64,000 nucleotides of DNA from Lepidodermella squamata (taxonomy: Eukaryota > Animalia > Gastrotricha), in NCBI GenBank assembly GCA_047495785.1, contig JBLDXI010000031.1, positions 1,178,001-1,242,000 of the forward strand, written 5' to 3'. Position numbers and translations under genes: made by a program. The notes beneath the pieces are model-generated. The model made no database searches. It worked only from the letters and a program-made list of their open reading frames with translations, and had not been told where the DNA came from. This document shows positions 13,801-26,108 of the stretch, in pieces (position 1 is the stretch's first letter; the number at the start of each line of letters is the position of its first letter).

Positions 13801-15939
13801 CAGGGGCAATTTGACCGTCCAGGGCTCACGCCTTGCGACGGTCGATGCGGAAAACGCCCATAAGAATACTTAATTTACTAACATTTCTACGCATTTTGAG
13901 ATCAATAATTTTTTTGAAAAAATAAAACACAATAAAATTCAGCAATTTTCAGAAAAAAAATTCGGAAAAAAATGTTTTTGCTCTCAATTATGGGTTCAAG
14001 TATATGAAGACACAATTCAGGCTCCGGAACTGAATATTTTCGATTTCGGCCTTTTCTTCTGGTGATTTACGATGAAGCCTAACACAAACTAGAATTTTTG
14101 TTTTAGATCTACCTTGAATAGTCAAACAATGGAAAAATCTTCAATTTTCCTTCCAAAACTCGAAATGATATAAAGACAAAGACATAGAATCTATATCAGC
14201 TGTAAAGGCTCAATTTTAAGCTCTATTAGTTAAGATTTAGTTCGGATCAGAATCAGTTAGGCATCATGATGCAAATTCGGATTCTAGGCAATAAAAGACT
14301 CAAAATTAATCTTGTTGGATTCTCCAATTCAGTATAGGAATTCAGTATAGGAACCCTAAATTTAGGTCTTTCACTTGGTGCATCCACTAAGAAGTAAATA
14401 ACAAATGCTAAAAACAATCTTAATAGAGAGAAGAATGAAAGAAAATAGATTTTAACCAGTTGAGCATTTCAACTAAATAAGCCAATTGAATTGCATAGTT
14501 AGTGCCTTTTCATCCCTAGGGAACCACAGCAATCGAGAGTTCAAGATATTCAGCAGTTAAAAAACCAATATCATCAATTTTGCGGTATTTAACGTTAATT
14601 TCACCAAAAAATTAAGAAATTTATCAAAAATTAGCAAAAATAAACACGAGTTTTCAGTTATCTTTCTAGAATTTTAGCTAAAATTCAAAGTTTTTTTCAT
14701 CTACTCTGCACTTGCATTTAATCAAAACTGTTATAATATTTGAGTTTTTAAGTTAATTTAAAGGGTAAAAATATATAATAAAAAACTGGAATTTACCTAT
14801 TACAGGACTGACGACTCGAGACGGGTCTTCGTGGACGCGAATCAACAACGGCTCGAGCCATTTTTTCACACACTCACAATGCGAATCGAGGAAAGTGAGA
14901 ACCGGCGCCGTCGCCGCTTTCGCGCCCTTTATCCTCGACCTAATCAATCCCTCTCGCTTATCATTGCGCAGAACTCGCACTTTTTCGATAACAGCCAACT
15001 GCTGGCCATCTTTCGGATCGTCGCTGAAATCGTCGACTAGAATAATTTCTTTCAGTAGATTCGGCGGGCTTGTTCGGATTACAGAGACAATGGTTCGCAA
15101 CAGCGCCGACCTCGCTTCGTTATGAAACGTAATTATCACAGATGTAGGCGGCACTTCGTTGGTGAAGAATGTCTTTTTACACGCGTCGGCTCGCACGTCC
15201 GGGATCGGCCGGTCGATCGGCGTGTCGTCGCTCGCTTCCTGGTTGAACTGGTAGCGTGAGTATTTTTGACTCTGGGACGGGTTTCGGGGCAGCTTTTGAG
15301 ATGAAAGGTATTTGGATGAATCGAAACGCTCCCATGGCATTTGAGTTTGATTGAGAACAGCTACGACGAAGCCATTTCGGTGGCTGGCACTAGGCTCTAA
15401 AATTCGGGAAAAAAATCATACAAATAATTGAAAAATCGCTGATTTAACAAGAACTAGAATTGTAACAATATTTCAATTTTGAAAAATTAGAAAAATATTC
15501 AAGATTTCTTTAAAAAAGACACAAAGGACGACGCCTTAATTCTTTCAAATTAAAAAATTATTATTTACCTAAAAACGCTGAATTTTAAGACAAATTTGGG
15601 GACAAATTTTTGTAAGATGATTCTCGATTTTTCCGTGATTTTTTTGAGAATTTTTCCATTTTCAGCTGAATTTTAGCGAATGTTGAAATATTCCGCTAAA
15701 ATTTCAAATTTACCCTGATTATCGATTTCCATCAAGCAATTTTTGTTACATTATTCAATTAATTAATAAAAAACTTGAAAAATATTTGGATTATTTTGAA
15801 GAAATTTACCGATATTTGAATTAGCAGACCACCACGGATCTGTGTTGCTGATGCTCGAGTGGTCGATGAGGCTGACTACGATGAGAATGCCCGACAGCAG
15901 GGCGGCGACCGATACGTAGTACCGCAAGCGCCATCGCAT
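10836..15939 (-). CDS. GALNT2: Polypeptide N-acetylgalactosaminyltransferase, GALNT2-like; exons 15939-15810, 15396-14797, 12931-12556, 11520-10836
   Basis: It has an N-terminal TM ([19 protein letters not shown]), GT-A motifs [32 protein letters not shown] and WGGENLELS, and a C-terminal ricin-B lectin with QxW repeats. All junctions are GT-AG and in frame. Confidence 0.92.
11998..12431. mobile_element. Fold-back MITE in GALNT intron 3
   Basis: 20-bp terminal inverted repeats (TCGCTGAGTTCAACGGACCA / TGGTCCGTTGAACTCAGCGA), with internal inverted copies of the same motif at 12174-12250. Confidence 0.75.
13130..13814 (+). CDS. Small ankyrin-repeat protein nested antisense in GALNT intron 2; exons 13130-13216, 13392-13814
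   Basis: Ankyrin repeats [35 protein letters not shown] and GETALDVA. The gtaagt...tttcag intron is phase 0, and AATAAA lies downstream at ~13921. Confidence 0.8.
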
Positions 15940-16443
15940 TCCTTCCGGCTACGCAGCGGCTCAATTACTTTCCCGCCAACCCACAATACACAAAACGTGT
16001 CTAACAAACACCTAAAAATTCCGAGGAAAAATTACAAAATTATGTCATGAGAATTTTTTCCGATCATCGCAATTTTTCTAGCACAAAATTGAAAAGAAGA
16101 GCAAGAAATCAAAAAGGGCGATTATTATTATTATGAATAATTTCAGACGTTTACGACTCGTTTTAGAAATCGTCTGATAATATTGTACAGCGACAATTAA
16201 TATTATTATAATTTTCTCTACGATTCATATCGATAATAAGTATTACAGAATGTGGCGTCTATAAGGATTACACCATATAGCGATGTAGTTGAGACTCGAT
16301 AAAAATTCGCGTGCTCGCAGCGGGACAATATCTGTAGTATGTAATGAGAATATAATGGCTGCAATAATTTGCAATATTTACTCAGTGTCCACGGCTCACT
16401 TTTAAAGTGCTGATAATGATAATGATGATGCCGATGCCGAGAG

Positions 16444-18302
16444 TTACGAGACGACCAGAGCGGCGGACGCGTAGCTGACCGACGAGTCGCGCATCGACTT
16501 GCAGTGATTCGACTGCGCGTACCGCGTGAACTTCAAATCGAACTTGCGCGCGCTGTCCTTCGCCCGCCACGTATCAATCGCCTACAACAATTCAAGAAAA
16601 CAAAATTGAACCGGGAAAAATTCTGAAAAAAATTCAAATTACATCTTTACAAAATTCAAAGTTTTTCTCTATAAAAAGCGGAAGCCAAATTTTGTACCGG
16701 AAAACAATATAAATTGGACGAAATTCAAGTTTAAAACTTGTATGGACCAAAAAATCTCGTAGTCTGGTTATAGCTAATAAATTTTCATAAAAAATTGTAT
16801 AGTCTATTTTTATTTCAATGAGACGATTCAAGGGGCGAAAAAAATATTAATCGCGCATTCGAATTTTTTTTCTAGGTCTTTATGACATAGATACATCCTA
16901 AATTTCTGCTGCGTAGTGAAAATTCAAAAATTAATATTAGCGCTGCGCTCGTTTCTAGCTCATTTGAGCGCGTGAAAAGAGATGTGCGGTGAAGATATCA
17001 CGCTTAAAACTAATGGAAGAATGCCCAGGCTCGTAAACAAATTATCGCGAAATCTGACCTTAAAATAAAATCTAGACTTGGACCCACACAATGCTGGTCA
17101 GTGGAATAATTCATAGCTTTCAGTGGCGTGCCTAACAAGAATCTCATGCAAGTACAACTTTGTCAAATATTTACTTAGAAAGCTAGAATTTTTCCGCATG
17201 AAATTATCGGCCAGAACTAAGCATAATTTTGCTCATTTTCTCAATTAAATTACAACTCACAAGGGATGAAGCGAAACATCATTCGCAATGTCTAAATATT
17301 GTTATTCTGCCCGAATTAACTAAAAAAAAACTAGGTCAGACCTAATTTGTATAAAACGGCGGAGAAGAATTAAGCCTCGTAGCTTGCGGGAAAAATCGTT
17401 AATTTCAACATTTCCGTATGAAAAAAATAATTTCTTACATTAAGAAAGACTCCGATAGGATGGCGACCGCAAATCGTATTGCCTTCATCGGCGAGATATC
17501 TCGCGAAAGGCTCCGGTTTAAGGTCTTCAATCAGCTTCATGCCACGGTTATCCAAATCTTCGATGAATTGCCAAATCTCGCCGATTTGCCGCTTGTAGTA
17601 CGTGTAAGAAAACCGCGATCCCCAGTGGCAGAAATCGCTCGAAATCACAAAAGCTGTGCGCGGGTCTTCGAGATATTCGGCTAGCAACGCGCCGTACTCG
17701 CGCTCAGATCGCGTGCTTATGCTGCCGACTACGATTGGAACGAGGGTGAAACGCTTGCCCTGCATGATTTTGACAAGATAGGGCAGTTGCATTTCAAGAG
17801 AATGTTCACGTTCATCGGCATCTAGTGCGATGCGAACAAACTGCCCGCTGTCGTGCAGTTTATCGCACGTTTTCGTGTCTATTTTAATGTCGCCAATGGG
17901 TGTTTCATACACGTCGGCCTCCGTCACCGCACAGCCGGGGATGTGCAAATGATGCGACGGGCCCAACAAGAAAATTCGGTCTATTTGCGCCGGGTCTAGT
18001 TGCTTGTACGCAAAGGCGGCCGTTGGCCCGCTGTACGAGTAACCCGCGTGCCTATAACATCGTAAATTTCAATTATACGAAGTGCAAACAAAACGCGCAT
18101 AAACTAACGGAGTTATAACGCCTTTCGCCGGGCCGTGGCTCATCGTCGCCGCGGCTAGCCACGAAGTAAGACTCGAATCCAACTCATCAGCTGTGCCATA
18201 AAACACCAATAAAACCATTGAAACAATCAAACATCAACACTTACGATCTTCCGTGTACCAACTGCCGGCATGGGCTGGCTTTCGCATCCGGATAGTACCC
18301 AT
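16444..18302 (-). CDS. MEMO1: Protein MEMO1; exons 18302-18245, 18190-18109, 18051-17439, 16581-16444
   Basis: Motifs RKPAHAGSWY, PHAGYSYSG, LGPSHH, EHSLEMQLP, SSDFCHWG, NTICGRHPI and YAQS...DSSVSYAS. Confidence 0.95.
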
Positions 18303-18361
18303 ATTATTTAAGAACTATCTCTATAAACATGAAATAAATCTGCAATAAAACGATTGTTTAT

Positions 18362-19147
18362 TCATTTCATCCGCTCCGCGTCGACCTGCTTCTGCTTCTT
18401 CGCTTTGATTATCGTCTGCTTAACGGCGTTCAAATAAAAACGAACAGCTGTTGGCGTGTCGTCATTCGCTGGAATCGGGTAAGAAACTAAACGAGGGTCG
18501 CAATCCGAATCGACAAAGCCAAAAGTAGGTATCAACAATTTAGCCGCCTCAATAATGGCATCGTGCTGTTTGAAAATGTTATTTTGCGTTGAGAAAAACA
18601 CCAGGGCGTCGGGTAATCGCGTAACACTGCCGAAAATCATTGAGCTATTTGTGAAAGTGCCGCTTTTCCAATCGCGGCAATGAGCGTATTCACCACACTC
18701 CTTCGCAGCAGCTTCTATCTCTGGAATCATTTGCTTGTTGCGAGACATGAACAAAATGACGCCACCGCGGTAAGCAATATGGGCAAGAACATTCAACGCA
18801 TCTTGAAATAATTCAGTTGTTTTGTCAAGATCGAACACGTCAATACCAAGGCGGGATCCGTACAAATACTGAGCCATGTGAGCATTCCGCAGCGTATTTT
18901 TATGACCGAAATGAGCACCAACTTCAAATAGTTTTTCCATTGAAACAAGCGAGCGTACATTGAAATGATCTGGGGCTTTGAGCTCATTGGAAAGCTCCTC
19001 CTTCACGTAAATGGGAGTGCATGCTGGACGCGACTCTACCCATGATTCAGCCGCAGAAGTACTCGAAAGCGAACGGCACAAGTAAGGAAGCTGTGGTAGC
19101 CGTAAAGCCTGCACAGAACGGATTAGAGTGCGGCTAATCATTGGCAT
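18362..19147 (-). CDS. MRPS2: Mitochondrial ribosomal protein S2 (uS2m), intronless
   Basis: Motifs LFEVGAHFGHK, YLYGSRLGIDVFDLDKT, RLPDALVF and DSDCDPRLVSYPIPANDD. The R/S/L-rich N-terminus from MPMISR resembles a transit peptide; the start codon is inferred. Confidence 0.92.
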   Translation of the reverse strand: MPMISRTLIRSVQALRLPQLPYLCRSLSSTSAAESWVESRPACTPIYVKEELSNELKAPDHFNVRSLVSMEKLFEVGAHFGHKNTLRNAHMAQYLYGSRLGIDVFDLDKTTELFQDALNVLAHIAYRGGVILFMSRNKQMIPEIEAAAKECGEYAHCRDWKSGTFTNSSMIFGSVTRLPDALVFFSTQNNIFKQHDAIIEAAKLLIPTFGFVDSDCDPRLVSYPIPANDDTPTAVRFYLNAVKQTIIKAKKQKQVDAERMK

Positions 19148-20549
19148 GGAATGGTGATTGTGGAATACGAATAATACCAATCTAATTTGAACAACGTAAA
19201 TCGAAAAATGTCGCTTCAGAGCACCTGAAAAATAATGCGAGATGGACGCTCCACCATTCTCGGAACCAGAGAAAGTCGGTGAAAAAGTTTTCAAGAAAGG
19301 CTAATCAAGGATAAAGCATAAAACATAAAACATTAATCGTGGGTAGTGGGCAGTGCTCATTCTGAATGAAGCATATGTATGTATGTTTACGTTTGATTCG
19401 CTTTAAGGCCGTCTTCAATATTTACAGCCACGTGATTAAAGCCCTGATAACTACCCTCTAATTTTACCCGATCTTTATCCGAACCAGGTTTGTTTCGGAA
19501 CTTTTTGATCTGTATTGCTTCAGTGTAATCAATAAGTACGTTCTATTAGAAAAGTCTTTTGATAGTTGAGGGTTCTATCATATGTTATTGCAAGCCGAGA
19601 TGCGAACCGCGATACCCTTCTGTAAAATCATTTTAGACAGGAAACAGGCGAAGTATCTCGCCTACTCATACTTCACACTATTCACGAAGGAGGATTTGAC
19701 AATAGAAACTGAAAAATTTCATATTGATCCACATGCCAAGGCTAGAGCATAATCTGTCATTCATTTGACAAGCAAGGGTTAACAAAATCAAGAAAATGTA
19801 CAGTACCGGCAAGAAAAGGCCAGCGCTTGCCAAACAGAAAACACTTCAGAACAAAGCGATACCCACCGCCAAAAAAAACAAAGCCGATTTTTACGTTATT
19901 TTTGCTTGGAACAACGCTTTCCGATATTCTGTAAGAATCAGAGCATTGCAAGGTTCTCATCGTTAAAATGTAAAATTAAATATATGTCGTTACCAAATAA
20001 TGCGGTGTTTTGGTCATAGCGCTTTTTACGGCTTCCCTTTGTGCGGGCCAAAACTGTGTAAACCTCTGCTACGTATTGCAGGTGCGATGAGTGATGAAGC
20101 TGAGTGACTAGCTGCAGTTGCAACAAGTCGGCGTCATTATGAAGAGGCTGACAAGGCGGCAATATATGTCGATTTGCTTATGATTAGTGACTATCTTTAG
20201 ACTTCACATGGCTCGTGGCTGAAAAGTCAGCTGTAGGGCTTTTCGGCGGTTACGTGGCACAAATACGACGTTATTTCACGATATCTTGGGTTTTCTCAAA
20301 TGAGGCTTTTGATGCTAATCTTTATTTTTTCACAATATTATGACAATTCTTTTGCTTAAGTCAGAATTGTTAATGAATAAGTTGAGCGGAACATCATTTG
20401 AGGTTTGACCAGTTATCTTGGCTTTCAGCAATGTTTTGTTCACATTTTATCATTGATTTCATCTTTTCAATTGATTCTAACATGCCAACTCATTATATCG
20501 TGTTTAGGCCATGTGATTGATTTAAATTTGATAGCGGCATAACTCGGAA

Positions 20550-22323
20550 ATGCCAAACACGCTGCTGATAACTCAAGATTCCATTGACGACGATCAACCG
20601 CCGCCGCCAAACAACTGCAACAAACACGACGACCTTCGTGGCGATTGTCTATCCGGTGGCACATCGATTCCACGCTGGGACGCGTTGCCTGCCCTTGTTA
20701 TCAGAAAAATTTTATGCTATTTCTCCGATCCCTGTGATGTTATTCATGCATCTCAAACTTGCAAGCACTGGTATTCTTTACTCAACGAAGAGGACATCTG
20801 GCGGCATCTATATTACTGCTGCACCGGCACTGAATTCCGTCAGTTTGACCCTCATGTTTCAGTCTACGGTATGTGATTTCGCCACTTCAAGGTTTAGATG
20901 ACGTGTTGTTCTCTCCTTGCAGATGAAGTAGTCAGGCTATGCTACGATTCACCAAAGATTGATATTCTCGTAAAAGATGCTCATGCCGACGAAGTTTTGC
21001 ATGTCAGCTTTTCTCACACGGGCCGATATTTTTGTACAACGTCGAAAGATTGTTCATTCAAAGTGTGGTTAGTTGACAACCCGGTCATGCCAATTGTCTC
21101 CCTTCAAATGCGGCAGCAATTTTCTTGGAAGTATACCCAATATTCCGAGGTAAGATTGAAGGAATAGGGGAGATTTGCGACTAATTTATGTGTTTCAGTT
21201 CAACCCGAATGATACAATGCTGCTAGTTTCTGGTGTTAATTTGGGTACCAACTCGAATTCAGGCCACATTGCCATATTCAGCGTTCCGACCTTCGATCTG
21301 CTTTCACGGGTGCCTAATCAGCCTTACGACGTGTTTGGTTGCTGGTTTTCGACTGAAACGCTACTCTCGGGCCTTCTGCGATGGGGAAACGGCTGGAACT
21401 CTACCTCAGTCATTTATCTCAATCACTCGTTGCAGAAGGTTGAAAGTGCCAATCATGCGGTGAGGGGGCCGTTGTTTCGATTCGAGAACCAAAACGGCTC
21501 ATCTCTGCGCATGCTTCGAGTCATCAACTTCCGACGGCCGGCCTGCCTAGACGCGAATATATGCATGTGTTGCTCAGATGGCCATTTACTTCATTCGAAG
21601 CAGTTATCATGCGGCAAATATCTGGCTTTCACAACAGGTTCACAGACTTTCATGCCACATGAAATTGCGTTGAAGCGGATACCGGAGGACTTTCACGATC
21701 TGCCACCGACGGGCCAGGTGTCGAGCAATTTAGACTCGCCGTTGGTCGGCACTGATTTGTCGATAGATCTACGCGGCCATCTAGTAGGCCTAGCAGTCGA
21801 CCCTGAAAACTCGTCAATTTTCCTAAACGTAAGACGCTGGCCGTCGGATACCATTGTTACGGACCCGTTCCGCCCACCGATGCCTAGTACTGAGTTGGAA
21901 ATCCGAGTTGTCGACCTTGCGACGGCGAGATTGCTAGAAAATCCGGTATACCGCGGCCACCGGGCGCATACCGGCGAAACAGATTGCTTCTTCATTTTTC
22001 TCGACGTTTCCACGCATTTCGTTGCGAGTGGCGCCGAAGATTCCGCGTGCTATTTGTGGGACCGGCAATCGGCTGGCCTGCTGCGGCGCATCGAATTCGC
22101 AAATGTTGTCAACTGCGCTGCTTTCCTGCGTTCTCCGTTTTATAGCTCTTCAAATAACAGTGCTTCTTCTTGTATTTCTTCGTACAGCAATCCCAATGGA
22201 GGTCTTCTGGTCTCAGTTTCTGATGATCGCTCGCTGAAGCTGTCGTTCTCGCAGCGCAGGTTCAAGAGTCTTCCGAAAAGCCTGCGCGAACACGCCGTCG
22301 TCCAGTTGCCGCCTGACCTGTGA
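20550..22323 (+). CDS. FBXW5: F-box/WD repeat protein 5; exons 20550-20868, 20923-21149, 21199-22323
   Basis: The F-box WDALPALVIRKIL...SQTCKHWY is followed by FBXW5-type motifs HADEVLHVSFSHTG, WKYTQYSE/FNPNDTMLLVSGV, PYDVFGCW, CFFIFLDVS and VASGAED. Confidence 0.9.
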
Positions 22324-22525
22324 CAAATCTGCTCTCAGAGAAATGAATTTATTTACAAATTAGCGAGACGTGAAAAAATGATGAAAGAGACTGCTTTTTA
22401 TTACCGTTACTACTACCCAGCTCCAGCCCACTTGTCATTCGAATGAAGATCGTTTTTTTTGAGAGAGATAGAAAAAACTTCTACTTTGATTCGGCTTTTC
22501 TACTTTTAACGAATTTCGCCCATGT

Positions 22526-22778
22526 GGCGTAGAGAAAAAGCGACTTTAAACTCTTAACCACAGCTCACATTTTTAAGAAAAACTGGATTAAATTCATGTT
22601 AGTTAGGAATTTTAGTGAAAATCTCGCGTAAATAAAGTTTTTAAGAATATTTATCGATTGCTAAATTTTTCAATTTTTATGTCGCATTGGGGATTACGGA
22701 ATTTGTGACGGAAAACGGATTATTTTTAAATTTTCCGATGGATTTTTAGCGTTTAATCAGTCGCTTTTTCTCTACGCC
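22526..22778. mobile_element. MITE-like element (~253 bp)
   Basis: A perfect 20-bp inverted repeat (GGCGTAGAGAAAAAGCGACT / AGTCGCTTTTTCTCTACGCC) surrounds an AT-rich core. No clear target-site duplication. Confidence 0.6.
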
Positions 22779-24625
22779 TCGAGTTCATGGTCTACGAGAC
22801 AATTTAACAAAAAATATATATAGTTTGTTATACATCCTTATCATCTATCATTGCTATAATACCTTTACACGTTCATCATCTATCTATATACACGAAGGTT
22901 GGGACTATTGTTACTTCTTTGCAATTCTTTTACCTGATAATTCTTGATGAAGCTATGATAACTATAAATAATGATATCTATATAATATAATTTTTTCTTC
23001 TCTTGTTGACGGATTGATTTATTCTTTCTTTTTTTCTCGTTTGTTGTTGATAATTTTTCCCGCCTTCACTCTGCAAAGAAATACCTGTATTATTGAAGAG
23101 AGAAAAATAACAGAAAATTATGGTGATATTAAAAAAAATGAACACAAATTGACATGTTGAATGTAACGAATGCCTATTTTAATTGAGCCTCTTGCGATAT
23201 GAGATATGAGAAATTATTCTAGAGAGAGAGAAAAAACATGCAAAAAAACGAACCAATTTGATTATTATTATAAAAAAATATGAGAAAAAATTGAACACTC
23301 ATCTTGTGCCGTGCTTCTCCTCGATATAATATGAATAAATGAGAAAAATTATTCACACCTTGTCGCTACGAAAAATCTTATATAATATATCGGTGGTGTC
23401 ATCAATCCATTTAATATCATTATTATTGTTATTATTATGTCATTTAATATTGATTATCATGTGAACAACCGCTATAAAACAAATAAAAGCTGAAGATGTT
23501 TCCTTGAGGGTTTTTAAATTATTTTTTAAATTATTAAAATTCATAATTATTAAATTGTTCAATAATTGTTATTTAAATTACGCAAGACTTATGAATAATT
23601 TAATTTTTTAGCAGCAGCTGAGTGAGCAAACCAACCTCAAAATGACACTTTATAGAGGACACGTCATAGTATTAAGAACGACCGTAAAAAGCGATTGCTA
23701 TCATCATCGTTCACCTCAGGTCTGCATTTCGCGGCTTTGCTGTAGCGTGAAAACCTGTTACAACGCGTTATAACACTTTGTTCATTACCTGAGCTGTGAG
23801 GCCGCACACGGCTCTTTGCTCTTGTCATTGCTTCCATGCTGCTTATAATAATATTATTGAGCGTGGCGCCGGGAATTTTTCGAGTTTAACCCGTTTTCCA
23901 GCTCTGATGCAATTCGTGGTGCTGTGGATGAGCAAAAGACGTGTCTTTTACATTATAGGCTAGCCTGATTTGTATGCACTCAGTTTACCTGACGTTAGAG
24001 AAGGGCGAATCTCGGTGGGGGGTGTACTACTACGAATCATAGAAAATACCGTGTCAAATGACTCGTTTACTGAGTTTGCTGGGAAGCTTATACGGTTTAA
24101 AATGATGCAATTTCCAATTCATTTCCGGTCTCGGAAAACTTTCAGGAAAGGCATGCTTTCATTTTCCGCATGCTTGTTCGTATTATTACTGAAAACAATT
24201 TACTTAGTTATAGCAACACCGCTCTTCGAGATTTTTCTCCTAATTTCTGAGTGCGAATTAGCACATGCATTCCATCTCTTTCTTCAATGCTCCTTGAATA
24301 AAGGTAACTATATTTAACGTGAACGTTCTTTCAAACACCACTTGAGCGTTCTAATTTTTAACCAACGTTTTTCGTGTGGGCGAATCATGTTTCTAGTAAA
24401 CGTGGCGGCCATACAACAGCTGAGTGAAATTCGAAACTTCGAAACTGTTCAGTTTTCATGTTTTCGTTCTCTATATGAATCTTTAGTAACAACACAAGAA
24501 ATTCTTTGTTTATCTCGGACTTCCCTGTCGACAAACGGTTCTCACTATTGCCCGAATTACCAAGCTGTTCAAAATTTATTTTACAGCACAAAACGATAAC
24601 TGTATCGGTTGAAAAACCAGTGTCT

Positions 24626-25637
24626 TCAAGAAGAGTCAGGGCAATAGGGCGAAAGAAACACACTGCATCCTTGCGTTGATGCTCCAGCGCTTTGAAGGAA
24701 TGCCACGATTTCAGGTTGGCCCCAGTAGGCCGCACTCATCAGCGCTGAAACACCGTCATCGTTCCGCGCATTCACATTCGCTCCCTTCGAGACAAGAAAT
24801 TTAACAGCCTCCAAGCTATGAGCAGCTCGAATCAGCACAGTGTCGCCGTCACTCGACCGAGCTTTTATGTCAGCCCCGTTTTCCAAAAGATACCGCATGA
24901 TGTCCACTCGGGCGAAATTCGCCGCGTAGAGCAACGCTGTCCAACCTTCGTTACTCTTGACGTTCACATCAGCCCCACGGAGGACCAAGAGCTTGACCAA
25001 TTCAAGAGATCCGCCATGAACAGCATGCATCAAAACTGTACCCCCTTCGTTGGTCTTGGTGTTACTGCTTGCTCCTTTCCCCATTAGGTATGCTGCAACA
25101 GCGGAATGGCCACCCAGAGCTGCAAGCAGCAGAGCTGTTGCGCCGTCGTTATTTTTCTTATCCAAATCTGCGTTCAATTTCGCGACGAAAAACTTAACCA
25201 TACCTAAATTGCCAGACTTTGCAGCAAGCATTAACGGGGTTATTTCACCCCGGCCGTCCAAGGAGTCGATATCAGCTTTGCGGTCGACCAGCAACTTAGC
25301 GATTTCATGTCTCGAAGAGCTATTGTCGCAGCTTCCATGCGCTACAACATGCAGCAGGGTGAAGTTGGTAGTTTCAAATTTCGAGCCGCATCTTTCCTGA
25401 ATACGGCCATCACGCCAGTTAGCGTTGAATTCACCATCAGTGGAGTCAATTGTTGTGATAAGTTGGCTAACCAAATCGAAGTTGGCAACTGCTACGGCAT
25501 CACTTAGTTGCTGGTACAAAGCTATGTTCCCGATCTGGCGAAATGATTAAATTTGAATGCATTCCTGAGGTTTGCCGTTAACTTACAGTTGATGGAAAGA
25601 TAGCAGCTAAGAGAGAAAGTTTTAGCATCAGAAACAT
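24626..25637 (-). CDS. Ankyrin-repeat protein with putative signal peptide; exons 25637-25587, 25534-24626
   Basis: About 7 ankyrin repeats (e.g. ITPLMLAAKSGN, GATALLLAALGGH, GWTALLYAA). A 52-nt gtaagt...cgccag intron joins MFLMLKLSLLAAIFPST to IGNIALYQQ in frame. Confidence 0.8.
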
Positions 25638-26108
25638 TCTTGGCTTTGATTATGGCATCAGAAAAGAAAAGAGGAGTTGTTGGGTGTTCATGCCCCGCGG
25701 TCTCGGCATGGCTGCATGTTTTTCTACTTATGAAAAGGAAATTTCGCTTTGTATCATGGCTCTTTTTGTTAACCACCAAGAAGGTAATTAGGTTCACGTG
25801 TAGATGAGTTCGTGTCTCCTAATGAACTTCATCAAGCCATACTTGCTTGAGTTAAATTCAAGTTGAGATGAAAGCGAACCTCATAAAGAATGAATAAAAA
25901 ATCTGGATTAGAAAATGAAGAGTTACAAAAATTGGGATTATTTTTATATATTTTATATTTGTTTATTCGAAATTTCGAGCGAGACGCATCTGCAGACAGA
26001 TCAGACAGATACGCATCTGCGCAAACAGTTCAGAACATTTCACGTTGTCAATAAAGCTCATTCACGCTTCGACTCGGCCCTTCTTACTGATTCCGAGCGG
26101 ATCATAGC

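Noticed and set aside
18362-19294. 310-aa MRPS2 starting at TTG 19294
   Set aside because: A non-ATG start is unlikely in a eukaryote. ATG 19147 gives a transit-peptide-like N-terminus.
19757-20162. Possible spliced minus-strand micro-gene between MRPS2 and FBXW5
   Set aside because: One plausible intron, but no ATG-bearing first exon and no homology.
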